Positions 1-9,804 of a stretch of 64,000 nucleotides of DNA are shown one piece after another (positions within the stretch are counted from its first letter, which is position 1; each line of letters opens with the position of its first letter). The notes below the pieces were generated by a model that ran no database searches, was not told the origin of the DNA, and was given only the letters and a program-made list of their open reading frames with translations. Source of the DNA: Alphaproteobacteria bacterium (lineage in GTDB: Bacteria; Pseudomonadota; Alphaproteobacteria; UBA828); NCBI GenBank assembly GCA_963667785.2, contig CAXXMU010000002.1, positions 224,001-288,000 on the forward strand, read 5' to 3'. The position numbers and the translations under genes were made by a program.

Positions 1-1256
1 TCCGCCAGACCGAGCTGGAGACCCGCATCAGCCTTAACATGAACGTGCTGGATGCCGCCGGCGTGCCCCGCGTGATGACGCTGAAGCAGGTGCTCCAGGC
101 CTTTCTCGACCACCGCCGCGCGGTGCTGCTGCGCCGCACCGCCCACCGGCTGGAGACCATCGCCCGACGGCTGGAGGTGCTCGGCGGCTATCTCGTCGCC
201 TATCTCAACCTCGACGAGGTGATCCGCATCGTGCGCGAGGAGGACGAGCCGAAGCAGGCTCTGGTGGCCGCCTTCGGGGTCAGCGAGGTGCAGGCGGAGG
301 CGATCCTCAACATGCGCCTGCGCGCGCTGCGCCGGCTCGAGGAGGCGGCGATCAGGCGCGAGCACGAGGCGCTGGAAGCGGAGCGCGCTACGCTCGAGAA
401 GCTTGCCAACAGCACCCGCCGCCAGAAGACCGCGCTCGCTGCCGAGATCGCGGATATCAAGACGCGCTTCGGGCAGGGAACCGCGCTCGGCGCGCGGCGC
501 ACCGCCATCGGCTCCGCACCCCAGCCCCAGGAGGTGCCGGCGGACGCGCTGGTGGAGCGCGAGCCGATCACGGTGATCTGCTCGGCCAAGGGATGGATCC
601 GCGCGGTCAAGGGCCACGCCGGGGCGGAGGCGGCGGTGCGCTACAAGGAAGGCGACCGCGCGCGCTTCCGCTTCCACGCCGAGACCACCGACAAGCTCCT
701 GCTCTTCGCCACCAACGGGCGCTTCTACACCCTCGCCGCGGACAAGCTCCCCGGCGGGCGCGGCTTCGGCGAGCCCGTGCGCCTCATGGTCGACCTCGGC
801 AACGATCACGAGCCGGTCGCGCTCTTCGCCCATCGGCCCGGGCGCCGCCTGCTGGTGGCGGCCAGCGACGGGCGCGGCTTCTTCGTGCTCGAGGACGAGA
901 CCGTCGCCCAGACGCGCAGCGGGCGGCAGGTGCTCAACCCGGCGCAAGGCGCGGAGGCCGCGGCGTGCGTCGAGGCGGCGGGCGATACGGTCGCCGTCGT
1001 GGGCTCCAACCGGCGCCTGCTGCTCTTCCCCGCGGCGGACGTGCCGACCATGGCGCGGGGGCGCGGCGTGATCCTGCAGCGCTACCGCGACGCCGCGCTC
1101 TCGGACGTGCAGGTCTTCGACCGTGCCGTGGGACTGCGCTGGCGCGCAGGCGCCGGCGTGCGGACCGAGAGCGCGCTCGACCAGTGGCACGGCAAGCGCG
1201 GCCAGGCCGGCCGCGCCGCACCGCGCGGCTTCCCCGCCGCCAACCGCTTCCTCTGA
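1..1256 (+). CDS. parC: DNA topoisomerase IV subunit A, C-terminal part (5' end outside window)
   Basis: Open frame from the window edge; AYLNLDEVIRIVRE, QAEAILNMRLRAL, beta-pinwheel repeats (LPGGRGFGEP, MARGRGVILQ); no GyrA box; alphaproteobacterial ParC-type end PRGFPAANRF. Confidence 0.92.
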   Translation, partial: RQTELETRISLNMNVLDAAGVPRVMTLKQVLQAFLDHRRAVLLRRTAHRLETIARRLEVLGGYLVAYLNLDEVIRIVREEDEPKQALVAAFGVSEVQAEAILNMRLRALRRLEEAAIRREHEALEAERATLEKLANSTRRQKTALAAEIADIKTRFGQGTALGARRTAIGSAPQPQEVPADALVEREPITVICSAKGWIRAVKGHAGAEAAVRYKEGDRARFRFHAETTDKLLLFATNGRFYTLAADKLPGGRGFGEPVRLMVDLGNDHEPVALFAHRPGRRLLVAASDGRGFFVLEDETVAQTRSGRQVLNPAQGAEAAACVEAAGDTVAVVGSNRRLLLFPAADVPTMARGRGVILQRYRDAALSDVQVFDRAVGLRWRAGAGVRTESALDQWHGKRGQAGRAAPRGFPAANRFL

Positions 1257-1285
1257 GGAGGTGGAGCCGGGCCCCGCCCGGCGCC

Positions 1286-2779
1286 TCAGAAGGCCGCGTT
1301 GACGCCCACCAGGAAGACGTCGGAGCGGGCCGAGGCATCGCTGATGGTGCGGTCCGGCACGACGTTGCCGTTCTCGTCCCTGATGCTGCCGCCGCTGATG
1401 AAGTTGAGCGGCGCGAAGCCGTCCACCCGGATGTACTCGGCGAAGAGCTTCACGCTGGGGAGCGCGAACCATGCGGCGCCGAGGACGAGCTGATCCTGCT
1501 GCTCCCACGGCGCGCCGCCGGGGCCGGCGACGAAGCGGCTGAACTCGGTCGAGAGATCGAGCGGGCTGTCGTCGGAGTCCAGCCGGTACTTCGCACCGAT
1601 GCCGAAGCTCGTCACGTCGCTGGCCGGGAACTGGGGCAGGGCGGGGTTGAAGGTCCCGGGCCACGCGTCGAGGGTCTGGGCGAACTCGCCAATGAGCGTG
1701 AGCGCGCCCGAGTCGAGCCTGCTGTAGACATCGAAGGCCGGGTTGTTGTCCTGGCAGGGCATGAAGTGAGTGACGGGAAAGTCCTGACAATAGGCCGAGC
1801 CGTGAAGATAGGAGCCTCCCAGGAGAAGCGAGTCGTCCGAACCCAGGTCAAGACGATAGTGGGTGTCCGCGGCGAGATTGTTGAGCCTGCTCGGAACGGC
1901 GGTTCCCTCCACCGGCGTGTTCGCGGCCCGGTATTGCGCTCCTCCCTGGACGCCCGTGACGGAGAGGTTGAGGGCGTCGCCCGCGTAGCCCACCGTCACG
2001 CCGTTGGCCAGCGCCCCGAAGGCGTGCCAGACGGTCGACGCGGTGAAGGGATTGACGGTGTCGGTGAGCCCGAAGGGCACGTCCATCTTGCCGACGCTGG
2101 CATAGAAGGGGAGGCGGTCGAGGTTGCCGAACAGCGCGTAGGCGCGGCGCATCTGCACCTGGTTGCGTTCGAGGTCCGTGTTGGTACCCGCGCCGAAGCT
2201 CTGCTCGGGGTCGAAGAGCATTTCGGCATGCCCGGTAATCCAGTCACCGAGCGAGACCGTGAAACCGAGCTGTGCGGAATGGATCGTCGCCTCGGAGACC
2301 TCGTCGCCTACTTGATTGTTCGCGGTGGGGTGGCGCATCAGGTAGCCGAACTTGTCCGCCCTGTTGCTGGTTTGGTAGTTGGCGATCGCCGTCACCGCCC
2401 CATGAATGCTCACGCTGTCCGGTGCGAGGGTCCCGCCCTGCCTGCGTTCGAGGAGCAGACGCTGCTTGCGGTTGATATTGGTCGTCGGATCAAGGAGTTC
2501 GTAACCCAACGTAAAGTCGGTCGTGAGAAGGCTCTCGGCTCTGTCACCGTCGGCCACGGCGGCATCGTCCGGCGAGGCTGCGTCGCGCCCGCCCCGGTCG
2601 GCCTTGAGCGCTTCGATCTCCTGTTGGAGTTGGCGGTTCTCCGCTTCGAGCCTGTCGAGGCGCTCGATCAGGTTCTCGAGAGGGTCGTCCGCATGTGCCG
2701 TCCCGACAGTCACGAACAGCGCGGTCGCGAGACCGACACTCACCGCAAGAGGCAAGAGCCCGAGATGCCTGCGCTCCAT
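1286..2779 (-). CDS. Outer-membrane beta-barrel protein (LbtU-like/porin) with N-terminal coiled coil
   Basis: Signal peptide ending AHA-DD, coiled coil LIERLDRLEAENRQLQQEIEALK, amphipathic beta strands, VGKMDVPFG, terminal Phe (GVNAAF); start taken at MERRHLG. Confidence 0.65.
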   Translation of the reverse strand: MERRHLGLLPLAVSVGLATALFVTVGTAHADDPLENLIERLDRLEAENRQLQQEIEALKADRGGRDAASPDDAAVADGDRAESLLTTDFTLGYELLDPTTNINRKQRLLLERRQGGTLAPDSVSIHGAVTAIANYQTSNRADKFGYLMRHPTANNQVGDEVSEATIHSAQLGFTVSLGDWITGHAEMLFDPEQSFGAGTNTDLERNQVQMRRAYALFGNLDRLPFYASVGKMDVPFGLTDTVNPFTASTVWHAFGALANGVTVGYAGDALNLSVTGVQGGAQYRAANTPVEGTAVPSRLNNLAADTHYRLDLGSDDSLLLGGSYLHGSAYCQDFPVTHFMPCQDNNPAFDVYSRLDSGALTLIGEFAQTLDAWPGTFNPALPQFPASDVTSFGIGAKYRLDSDDSPLDLSTEFSRFVAGPGGAPWEQQDQLVLGAAWFALPSVKLFAEYIRVDGFAPLNFISGGSIRDENGNVVPDRTISDASARSDVFLVGVNAAF

Positions 2780-2954
2780 GAAAACCGGCGACCAACGTCG
2801 ACTGCGGCGACAGGCGCCGCGATCGCCTCGCCTGCTCCCCTGTGGTCCCTTGCCGGAAGCCGAGCTGAACAACGAGTGACGCACCGTGAGTCGACAGGAG
2901 TGTGGTCGATCGAGTGCCAGCGTGGCGGTGCGCGAAACTCACATAGGCCGATCT

Positions 2955-3060
2955 GCCGATAGTCAATCTTAATTGATATAGTCGCCATGTCATATATAGC
3001 ATGATGAGAATTCACATGCGCCCCAAGCATGGCGTGGCTGTCGAATTAACGTTCCACGCA
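2955..3060 (-). promoter_or_regulatory. AT-rich promoter/operator region upstream of the beta-barrel gene
   Basis: Marked AT enrichment; inverted repeat TCAAT-CTTA-ATTGA at 2963-2976. Confidence 0.4.
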
Positions 3061-3131
3061 TCGAGCTGCGATGTAATTCGCTGAAAATACGGAGATGTCT
3101 GCTGGGAGAGGATGCGTTCCCTGAAGGCCGC

Positions 3132-3824
3132 TCAGCGGTCGTGGAGGCCGAAGGCGGCGGCGAGCGGCGGCGCCGCGCGCCACGGCGCCGGCCCGGCGGG
3201 GAGCCGCGGTACCAGGGCCGTCGGCAGCGGCCCCGCGTGCCGGTTGATGACCTCCGCCGTCTCCGCCGGGGGCACCGGACTCTCCACGGATTCGCTGACG
3301 ACCAGCCCCGCGATGGCGACGCCGCGCCCCCGCATGGCCGCGAGCGTGGTCAGCGTGTGGCTGATGGTGCCGAGATAGCTGCCGGCCACCACCAGCGCGG
3401 GCGCACCCAGCGCCGCCATCCAGTCGAGCACGGTGTGGCGCCCGTCGAGCGGCACCATGGCGCCGCCGATGCCCTCCACCAGCAGGGGATCGCCCTCTGC
3501 GGCGCGGCAGAAGGCGACGATCTCGTCGAGGACCAGGCTGCGCCCCTCGCGAGCCGCTGCCATGTCGGGCGAGAGGGGGGCGGAAAAGCGCCAGGGGGCG
3601 ACTGCCGCGACCGCCTCCTCGCTCGCCGGCCGGCCGAGGCTCGCCAGCAGGACGCCGGGATCGCTCTCCTCCCGCGCCGCCGGATCGTAGCCGCTCAGCA
3701 CAGGTTTAAGCGCGCGCACCGCCCGGCCTTGCGTGCGGAGCTCGTGGCAGAGCGCGGCGGCGACCAGGGTCTTGCCGATCTCGGTGCCGGTGCCGGTGAC
3801 GAAGAGGGTGCGCGCCCTGCTCAT
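3132..3824 (-). CDS. bioD: Dethiobiotin synthase
   Basis: LFVTGTGTEIGKT P-loop, LKPVLSG, LVEGIGG, GSYLGTISHT; ATG overlaps the bioF stop. Confidence 0.93.
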   Translation of the reverse strand: MSRARTLFVTGTGTEIGKTLVAAALCHELRTQGRAVRALKPVLSGYDPAAREESDPGVLLASLGRPASEEAVAAVAPWRFSAPLSPDMAAAREGRSLVLDEIVAFCRAAEGDPLLVEGIGGAMVPLDGRHTVLDWMAALGAPALVVAGSYLGTISHTLTTLAAMRGRGVAIAGLVVSESVESPVPPAETAEVINRHAGPLPTALVPRLPAGPAPWRAAPPLAAAFGLHDR

Positions 3825-4984
3825 TGCTCGTCCCGGTCGAGGACGCCCGCGCGCACGATGTCGGCGAGCCGCTCGATGTCGGCATCGTCGTGGCCGGCGC
3901 TGAAGGTCAGCCGCAGCCGGGCGGTGCCGTCGGGCACCGTCGGCGGCCTGATGGCGGTGACGAGAAAGCCCTCGTCCTCCAGCAGCCGGGAGGCCGCCAG
4001 CGCCCGCTCGGGCGCGCCGAGGAGGATCGGCACGATGCAGCTCTCCGGCGCCGGCAGGTTGAGCCGTGCGCAGAAGAGCGCCGCCTTGCGGAGCGGCGCC
4101 GCCACCAGGGCAGGGTCGTTCGCGATCAGGTCCAGCGCCGCGATGCTGGCCGCCACCGCGCCGGGCGGCAGGCCGGTGGAATAGATGAAGGGCCTCGCCC
4201 TCGTCCGGATCAGGTCGACGACCGGCTGCGACGCGCAGAGATAGCCGCCGTAGCTGCCGACCGCCTTGGACAGCGTGCCCATCTGCAGCGGCACGTCGAC
4301 CTTCCCGCCGGCCGCGAAGCTCGATCCGCGCCCGCCGCCGACCACGCCGATGCCGTGGGCGTCGTCGGTCATGAGCCAGGTGTCGTGGGCCGCCGCAAGC
4401 GCCGCCAGCGCCGCGACCGGTGCGAGGTCGCCGTCCATGCTGAAGACGCCGTCGGTGAGCAGCAGCGCGCGCGCATGCCCGGCGCGGTGCCGGGCCAGCA
4501 GCTCTTCCGCGTGGTCCAGATCGTTGTGGCGGAAGATCTCCACCCGCGAGCGGGAGAGCGCCGCACCGGCGCGCAGGCACGCATGGCTCAGCTCGTCCGC
4601 GAGGATCAGGTCGCCGGCGCCGACGAGGCTCGGCACGATCCCGAGATTCGCGAGGTAGCCGGAGCCGAAGACGCAGGCGTCGTCCGTGCCCTTGAGCCGG
4701 GCGAGCCGGCTCTCCAGCGCCGCGAAGAGGGGATGGTTGCCGGTCACCAGCCGCGACGCGCCGGCGCCGGCGCCCCAGCGCTCCGTGGCCTCGATCGCCG
4801 CCCGCTTGACCGCCGGATGCTGCGAGAGGTTGAGATAGTCGTTGCTGCAGAACGAGATCAGCGAGCGCCCGTCGCGCGTGACCCGGACGGCGCCGCACGG
4901 CGCGGTCTCGTGAAGGGTGCGGCGCAACTGCCGCTCGGCGAGCGCCGCGAGCTTCGCCTCGGCGAAGCGTTCGAGCGTGTCCAT
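3821..4984 (-). CDS. bioF: 8-amino-7-oxononanoate synthase
   Basis: FCSNDYLNL, GAGASRLVTG, DGVFSMDGD, DDAHG, GTLSKA (PLP Lys), IRPPTVP. Confidence 0.93.
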   Translation of the reverse strand: MDTLERFAEAKLAALAERQLRRTLHETAPCGAVRVTRDGRSLISFCSNDYLNLSQHPAVKRAAIEATERWGAGAGASRLVTGNHPLFAALESRLARLKGTDDACVFGSGYLANLGIVPSLVGAGDLILADELSHACLRAGAALSRSRVEIFRHNDLDHAEELLARHRAGHARALLLTDGVFSMDGDLAPVAALAALAAAHDTWLMTDDAHGIGVVGGGRGSSFAAGGKVDVPLQMGTLSKAVGSYGGYLCASQPVVDLIRTRARPFIYSTGLPPGAVAASIAALDLIANDPALVAAPLRKAALFCARLNLPAPESCIVPILLGAPERALAASRLLEDEGFLVTAIRPPTVPDGTARLRLTFSAGHDDADIERLADIVRAGVLDRDEQ

Positions 4985-5032
4985 GCGCACAGTCCCGCGC
5001 CCCCGATGCGTTGGCGGGCGACGGACCGCCGG

Positions 5033-6445
5033 CTAAATCTCCCCCTCGCGACGCAACATGCGGATTGTCTCGCGGAAGGCATCGACGGTGACGGGCAGGT
5101 CGGCTGCGGTGTTGGCCGCCGATGTCATGCCGCCGGGCCAGCCCTGGATGTCTACGCCGTTCACCAGCAGGCCGAGGCGAATCTTGTTCACGAGCGCCGG
5201 CGGGCGCTCCTTGAGCTCCGCGTAGCCGATGGCGAGGGGATCGAAGGCGGCGGGCCGGATCGCGCGCCCGCGCGGGTTCATGAAGAGGTGGAAGGACGAG
5301 AAGGTACCGTAGACCGCCCAGGGCACGCCTTCCTCCTCCAGCACCGCGTTGAGCCCGGCCCGGAGTTCCGTGCCGAAGGCGTTCGCCCTCTCGCACGCGT
5401 CCGAATCGCGCACGATCTCGAGCGCCGCCCTGCCGGCGGCGGCGGAGACCGGGTTCGCGTTGAAGGTGCCGGGATGGAAGATCTTCTCGCGGCCGCGCGC
5501 TGCGGACGCGGCGAAGTCCAGATCGTCGAGTATCTCCTTGCGCCCGGCCACCGCGCCTCCCGGCAGACCGCCGGCGACGATCTTGGCGTGGGTGCTCATG
5601 TCCGGCGTGACGCCGAAATGGCCCTGCGCGCCGCCGGGAGAGACGCGGAAGCCCGTGATCACCTCGTCGAAGATCAGCACCACGCCGTGCTTCGCCGTGA
5701 GCTCCCGCAGGAAGCCGAGGAAGTCAGGCGCGTGCGGCACCAGGCCGAAGGAGCCGCCGGTCGGCTCCAGGATCACCGCCGCGATGTCGTCGTCGGCCTC
5801 GAACGCCGCCCGCGCGGCCGCTTCGTCGCCGGGGGGCAGCAGCACCACCTGGGCTGCAAGCTCGGGCAGGACGCCGGCCGTCGGCGCGCCGTCGAAGTGC
5901 GAGGCGTAGCCCGAGGTCATGTGGTCGTGCCAGCCGTGGAAGTGGCCCTTGAAGCGCACGATCCGGTGCTTGCCGGTATGCGCCCGGGCGAGGCGGAGCG
6001 CCATGTGGGTCGCCTCGGTGCCGGACGAGGTGAAGCGCACGCGCTCCGCACACGGCACGAGCTCGCGCACGATCTCTGCCCAGCGGACCTCGCGCTCGTG
6101 ATTGGCGCCCGGATGGGTGCCGTCCGGCAGCGCCTCCCGAATCGCGTCGAGCACCTCCGGCCGGCCGTGACCCAGCAGCAGGGCGCCGTGGCCGCCGGCG
6201 TAGTCGACATACTCGTTGCCGTCCTGGTCCCACTTGCGCGAGCCCTCGGCCCGGGTGACGTAGATGCCGTAAGGCTCAAGATAGCGCGCGTCGTGGACGA
6301 TGCCGGAAGGCAGGAGCTCCCCGGCTTCGGCCGCGAGTCGAGCCGAGCCCGGCGTCTTCGCCCGGTAGGCCTGGACGATGGCAGAGTTGGACGCGCGCGA
6401 GGCGGCGTCTGCCTGCGCGCCCTCCTCGGGCATTGCGGCGCTCAT
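5033..6445 (-). CDS. Class-III aminotransferase, glutamate-1-semialdehyde aminomutase (HemL)-like
   Basis: SSGTEAT, FKGHFHGWHD, IFDEVITGFR, AKIVAGGLPGG, GTFNANP. Confidence 0.8.
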   Translation of the reverse strand: MSAAMPEEGAQADAASRASNSAIVQAYRAKTPGSARLAAEAGELLPSGIVHDARYLEPYGIYVTRAEGSRKWDQDGNEYVDYAGGHGALLLGHGRPEVLDAIREALPDGTHPGANHEREVRWAEIVRELVPCAERVRFTSSGTEATHMALRLARAHTGKHRIVRFKGHFHGWHDHMTSGYASHFDGAPTAGVLPELAAQVVLLPPGDEAAARAAFEADDDIAAVILEPTGGSFGLVPHAPDFLGFLRELTAKHGVVLIFDEVITGFRVSPGGAQGHFGVTPDMSTHAKIVAGGLPGGAVAGRKEILDDLDFAASAARGREKIFHPGTFNANPVSAAAGRAALEIVRDSDACERANAFGTELRAGLNAVLEEEGVPWAVYGTFSSFHLFMNPRGRAIRPAAFDPLAIGYAELKERPPALVNKIRLGLLVNGVDIQGWPGGMTSAANTAADLPVTVDAFRETIRMLRREGEI

Positions 6446-7176
6446 GCCGCGGACCGGTCGATGTAGGGGTCCACGGCCGCACGCACGGCCTTGGCGACCG
6501 CGACCGCGCTTGGCGTGTCCGAATGGACGCAGACGGTCTCCGCCTTCGTCGGCACGTCCTTGCCGTTGACGGAGCGGATCACGCCCTCCTCGACCACGCG
6601 CATCACCTGCTCGACCGCCTTCTCCGGCGCGACCGACTTGTGCTCCCGGGTGATGATGCAGCGGCCCTCGTCGTCATAGTCGAGGTCGGCGAAGATCTCC
6701 CAGACCACGTCCGTGTAGGTGGGCCAGACGGTCTCGTGCATGGTGCCGGTGGTGCCGTACATGGGAACGCCGAAGACTTGCGCCGCCTCGGCACAGGCGT
6801 GCGCCACGTCCTCGTCGATCCAGGCGGCGCCGTAGAGGGCGCCATGCGGCTTCAGGTGGTTGAGCTCCATGCCCTCCATCTCGAGGAAGCCCTTCAGCGC
6901 GCCGCACTGATAGATGATGGTGTCGCGCAGCTCCGTGCGGTCCATCTTCATGAAACGCCGGCCGAAGCCGTCCCGGTCCGGAAAGGAGGGATGCGCGCCG
7001 ACCTTCACGCCGTGCTGCTTGGCGAGCACGACGGTCGCGTGCATCACGCCCGGGTCGGAAGCGTGAAAGCCGCAGGCGACGTTGGCCGAGGTGATGTAGG
7101 GCATGATCGCCTCGTCGTCGCCGCAGGTGTAGATGCTGTACGCCTCGCCCATGTCGCAGTTGATGTCGATCCCCAT
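6442..7176 (-). CDS. pxpA: LamB/YcsF family protein (5-oxoprolinase subunit PxpA-like)
   Basis: IDINCDMGE, SANVACGFHASDP, GAHPSFPD, LKPHGALY, TVCVHSD. Confidence 0.85.
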   Translation of the reverse strand: MGIDINCDMGEAYSIYTCGDDEAIMPYITSANVACGFHASDPGVMHATVVLAKQHGVKVGAHPSFPDRDGFGRRFMKMDRTELRDTIIYQCGALKGFLEMEGMELNHLKPHGALYGAAWIDEDVAHACAEAAQVFGVPMYGTTGTMHETVWPTYTDVVWEIFADLDYDDEGRCIITREHKSVAPEKAVEQVMRVVEEGVIRSVNGKDVPTKAETVCVHSDTPSAVAVAKAVRAAVDPYIDRSAA

Positions 7177-7374
7177 GGTCTCCCCCGCCGCTCCGTCGCC
7201 CGCTCGCCCCCTGTCGCGGGCGCGAGACGAGCACCATTGGCCAACCGTAACAGGAATGCGCTGCAATCTCGATTCCGTCGCCCGCGCCCTCGCCCGGCCC
7301 GCGCTGGCCGGGTGACTGTTCGCGCCGGGGGTGTGTGGTTGTTATATGGCTGAGGAGTCGGAGCCCGAGTCGCA

Positions 7375-8187
7375 ATGAATGCGCCCGCCGATGCCGTGGC
7401 CAGGGCCGGTCGATCTGTGCAGCACGCGCTCGATCGCTTGAAGAAGTATCGGGTGGCGGCGGGGCTCCTGTCCGTCGCCGGCCTCGTTCTCGGCACCCTG
7501 CGCGACCTGGCGCCGATCATCGCGGTGGTCGCGGTCTTCCAGCTCGCGGTCCTGCGCCAGCCCTTCCCCGATCTCGGCGGCATGATCGGCGGGCTGGTGC
7601 TGGTGATGCTGGGCCTCGCGCTCTTCATCAAGGGGCTGGAGATGGGCCTCTTCCCGCTGGGCGAGAGCCTGGCGCAGGCGTTTGCGCACAAGGGCAGCCT
7701 GGCCTGGCTCCTCGTCTTCGCCTTCGCGCTCGGCTTCGGCACCACGGTGGCAGAGCCGGCGCTGATCGCGGTCGCGGGCGAGGCCGCCAGGGTCGCCGCC
7801 GAGGCGGGCATCATCGCGCCTGACGAGGACGCGCGGGACTCCTACGCGATCGGCCTGCGCTACACGGTCGCGGTCTCCGTCGGCGTCGGCATCACCATCG
7901 GCGTGCTGCGAATCCTGAAGGGCTGGCCGCTCCACTACTGGATCATCGGCGGCTACGTCATTGCGATGGGCCTCACCTTCCTCGCGCCCGACGAGATCGT
8001 CGGCATCGCCTACGATTCCGGCGGCGTCACCACCGGCCCCGTCACCGTGCCCATGGTGACGGCGCTCGGCGTCGGCCTTGCCGCGGCGATCCGCGGGCGC
8101 AACCCGCTGATCGACGGCTTCGGTCTCATCGCCTTCGCGAGCCTGACGCCTATCATCTTCGTGCTCGTCTACGGCATCGTGTTCTGA
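7375..8187 (+). CDS. DUF1538 family multi-pass membrane protein (copy 1)
   Basis: [53 protein letters not shown]. Confidence 0.85.
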   Translation: MNAPADAVARAGRSVQHALDRLKKYRVAAGLLSVAGLVLGTLRDLAPIIAVVAVFQLAVLRQPFPDLGGMIGGLVLVMLGLALFIKGLEMGLFPLGESLAQAFAHKGSLAWLLVFAFALGFGTTVAEPALIAVAGEAARVAAEAGIIAPDEDARDSYAIGLRYTVAVSVGVGITIGVLRILKGWPLHYWIIGGYVIAMGLTFLAPDEIVGIAYDSGGVTTGPVTVPMVTALGVGLAAAIRGRNPLIDGFGLIAFASLTPIIFVLVYGIVF

Positions 8188-8194
8188 GGAGGGG

Positions 8195-8983
8195 GTGGTG
8201 GATCTGCTCGTCGTCATACCCTCTGCGGCCCTCGACACGGTGCTGGACGTCGCGCCGCTGATCGGCCTCGTGCTGTTCTTCCAGATCGTCTTCCTGCGCC
8301 GGCGCCCGGCGAACCTGGGCCGCATGGTCGTCGGCTTCGTCTACGTGGTGATCGGGCTCGTGCTCTTCCTCATCGGGCTGGAGGAGGCGCTCTTCCCGCT
8401 CGGCAGGACGATGGCGGCGCAGCTCACCGACGCGGCGTTCCTCGACCTCGCGGCAGGCGCGGCCGCGCACTGGCTCGACTACGGCTGGGTCTACGCCTTC
8501 GCTGCGGCCATCGGCTTCGGCACCACCATCGCCGAGCCCTCCCTCATGGCCGTGGCCCACAGGGCCGACGCGGCCTCGGGCGGGACGATCAGACCCTGGG
8601 GCCTGCGGATCGCGGTCGCCGTCGGCGTTGCCGTCGGAGTCGGGCTCGGCAGCGTGCGCATCGTCACCGGAGTGCCGCTGCACTACCTCATCATGGCGGG
8701 CTACGCGATCGTGATCGTGCAGACGGTCTTTTCGTCGCGCAGCATCATCCCGCTCGCCTACGATTCCGGCGGCGTCACCACGTCGATCGTGACCGTGCCG
8801 CTGGTCGCGGCCCTCGGCCTCGGGCTCGCGTCCAACGTGCCCGGCCGCAGCCCGCTGATCGACGGCTTCGGCCTCATCGCGTTTGCCAGCGTCTTCCCCA
8901 TCATCGCGGTTCTGGGCTATGCCCAGCTCTCGTCGCTGCTGGAAGCCGCGCGCAAGCGCCGCTCCTCCGTGAAGGGAGACTGA
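8195..8983 (+). CDS. DUF1538 family multi-pass membrane protein (copy 2)
   Basis: Paralogous motifs [52 protein letters not shown]; GTG start after GAGGAGG. Confidence 0.85.
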   Translation: MVDLLVVIPSAALDTVLDVAPLIGLVLFFQIVFLRRRPANLGRMVVGFVYVVIGLVLFLIGLEEALFPLGRTMAAQLTDAAFLDLAAGAAAHWLDYGWVYAFAAAIGFGTTIAEPSLMAVAHRADAASGGTIRPWGLRIAVAVGVAVGVGLGSVRIVTGVPLHYLIMAGYAIVIVQTVFSSRSIIPLAYDSGGVTTSIVTVPLVAALGLGLASNVPGRSPLIDGFGLIAFASVFPIIAVLGYAQLSSLLEAARKRRSSVKGD

Positions 8984-8986
8984 ACG

Positions 8987-9337
8987 ATGCGTTTCAAGCT
9001 GATCATGGCGCTCGTGGATTCGAGCGAGACCGAGTCCGTTCTCCTCGCCGGCCGCCGCAGCGGCGCCACCGGCGCCACCATCGTCACGGGCTGCCGCGGT
9101 GAGGGGCTGGAGCCGGAAAAGACCTTTCTCGGCTTGAGACTGACCGGCCAGCGGGACATCCTGTTGTTCCTCGTGGAGGAGCACATGAGCCGGGCCGTCC
9201 TCGAGGGGATCGCCACGGCCGCGGCATTCGAGGAGAAGTCGGGGACGGGGATCGCCTTTCAGATCGCCATCGAGGACGCCGTCGGCCTCTCAAGCCAGAT
9301 GGCCGAGATCAAGCACGAAATCGAGGACCAGATATGA
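8987..9337 (+). CDS. P-II-like signal transduction protein (non-canonical)
   Basis: 116 aa; GATGATIV..RGEG T-loop base, GTGIAF B-loop. Confidence 0.8.
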   Translation: MRFKLIMALVDSSETESVLLAGRRSGATGATIVTGCRGEGLEPEKTFLGLRLTGQRDILLFLVEEHMSRAVLEGIATAAAFEEKSGTGIAFQIAIEDAVGLSSQMAEIKHEIEDQI

Positions 9338-9792
9338 GCAGCAACGCGAGCACCAAGGGGGCGGCCGCGCAGGACGTCCAGTTCAACACGGTGCGCGCCG
9401 TGATGTCGTCGATGCCGGCCCCGATCGACGGCATGGCCACGGTTCACGAGGCCCTCGAGCGGATGCGCGAGGAGCAGGTGTACTCCCTCGTGGTCAAGCG
9501 GCGCCGGCCCGGCGACGAGTACGGCCTCATCGTGGTCTCCGACATCGCCAACAAGGTGATCGCGGAGAATCGCTCTCCCGATCGCGTGAATGTCTACGAG
9601 ATCATGTCGAAGCCCGTGGTTACCGTGAGCGCGGACATGGAGATCAAGTACGCGATCCGGCTCCTCGGCCGCTTCGGCCTGTCGCGCGGCGTGGTGGTCG
9701 ACGGCAACGAGGCAGTCGGATTCATCACGCTGACCGACATGGTGTTCCGCTTCTACGAGCACGAGGCGGTGCGGCGGGAGCCGCCGGGATAA
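9334..9792 (+). CDS. Stand-alone CBS-pair protein
   Basis: YGLIVVSDI, VYEIMSKPVVTV, VGFITLTD; start overlaps the PII-like stop. Confidence 0.85.
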   Translation: MSSNASTKGAAAQDVQFNTVRAVMSSMPAPIDGMATVHEALERMREEQVYSLVVKRRRPGDEYGLIVVSDIANKVIAENRSPDRVNVYEIMSKPVVTVSADMEIKYAIRLLGRFGLSRGVVVDGNEAVGFITLTDMVFRFYEHEAVRREPPG

Positions 9793-9804
9793 GGCCGGCC
9801 GGCG

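Noticed and set aside
5033-6445. Calling the aminotransferase bioA or hemL
   Set aside because: It lacks BioA motifs (WW..HG, YHGDT); it is only HemL-like, and Alphaproteobacteria generally use the ALA synthase route
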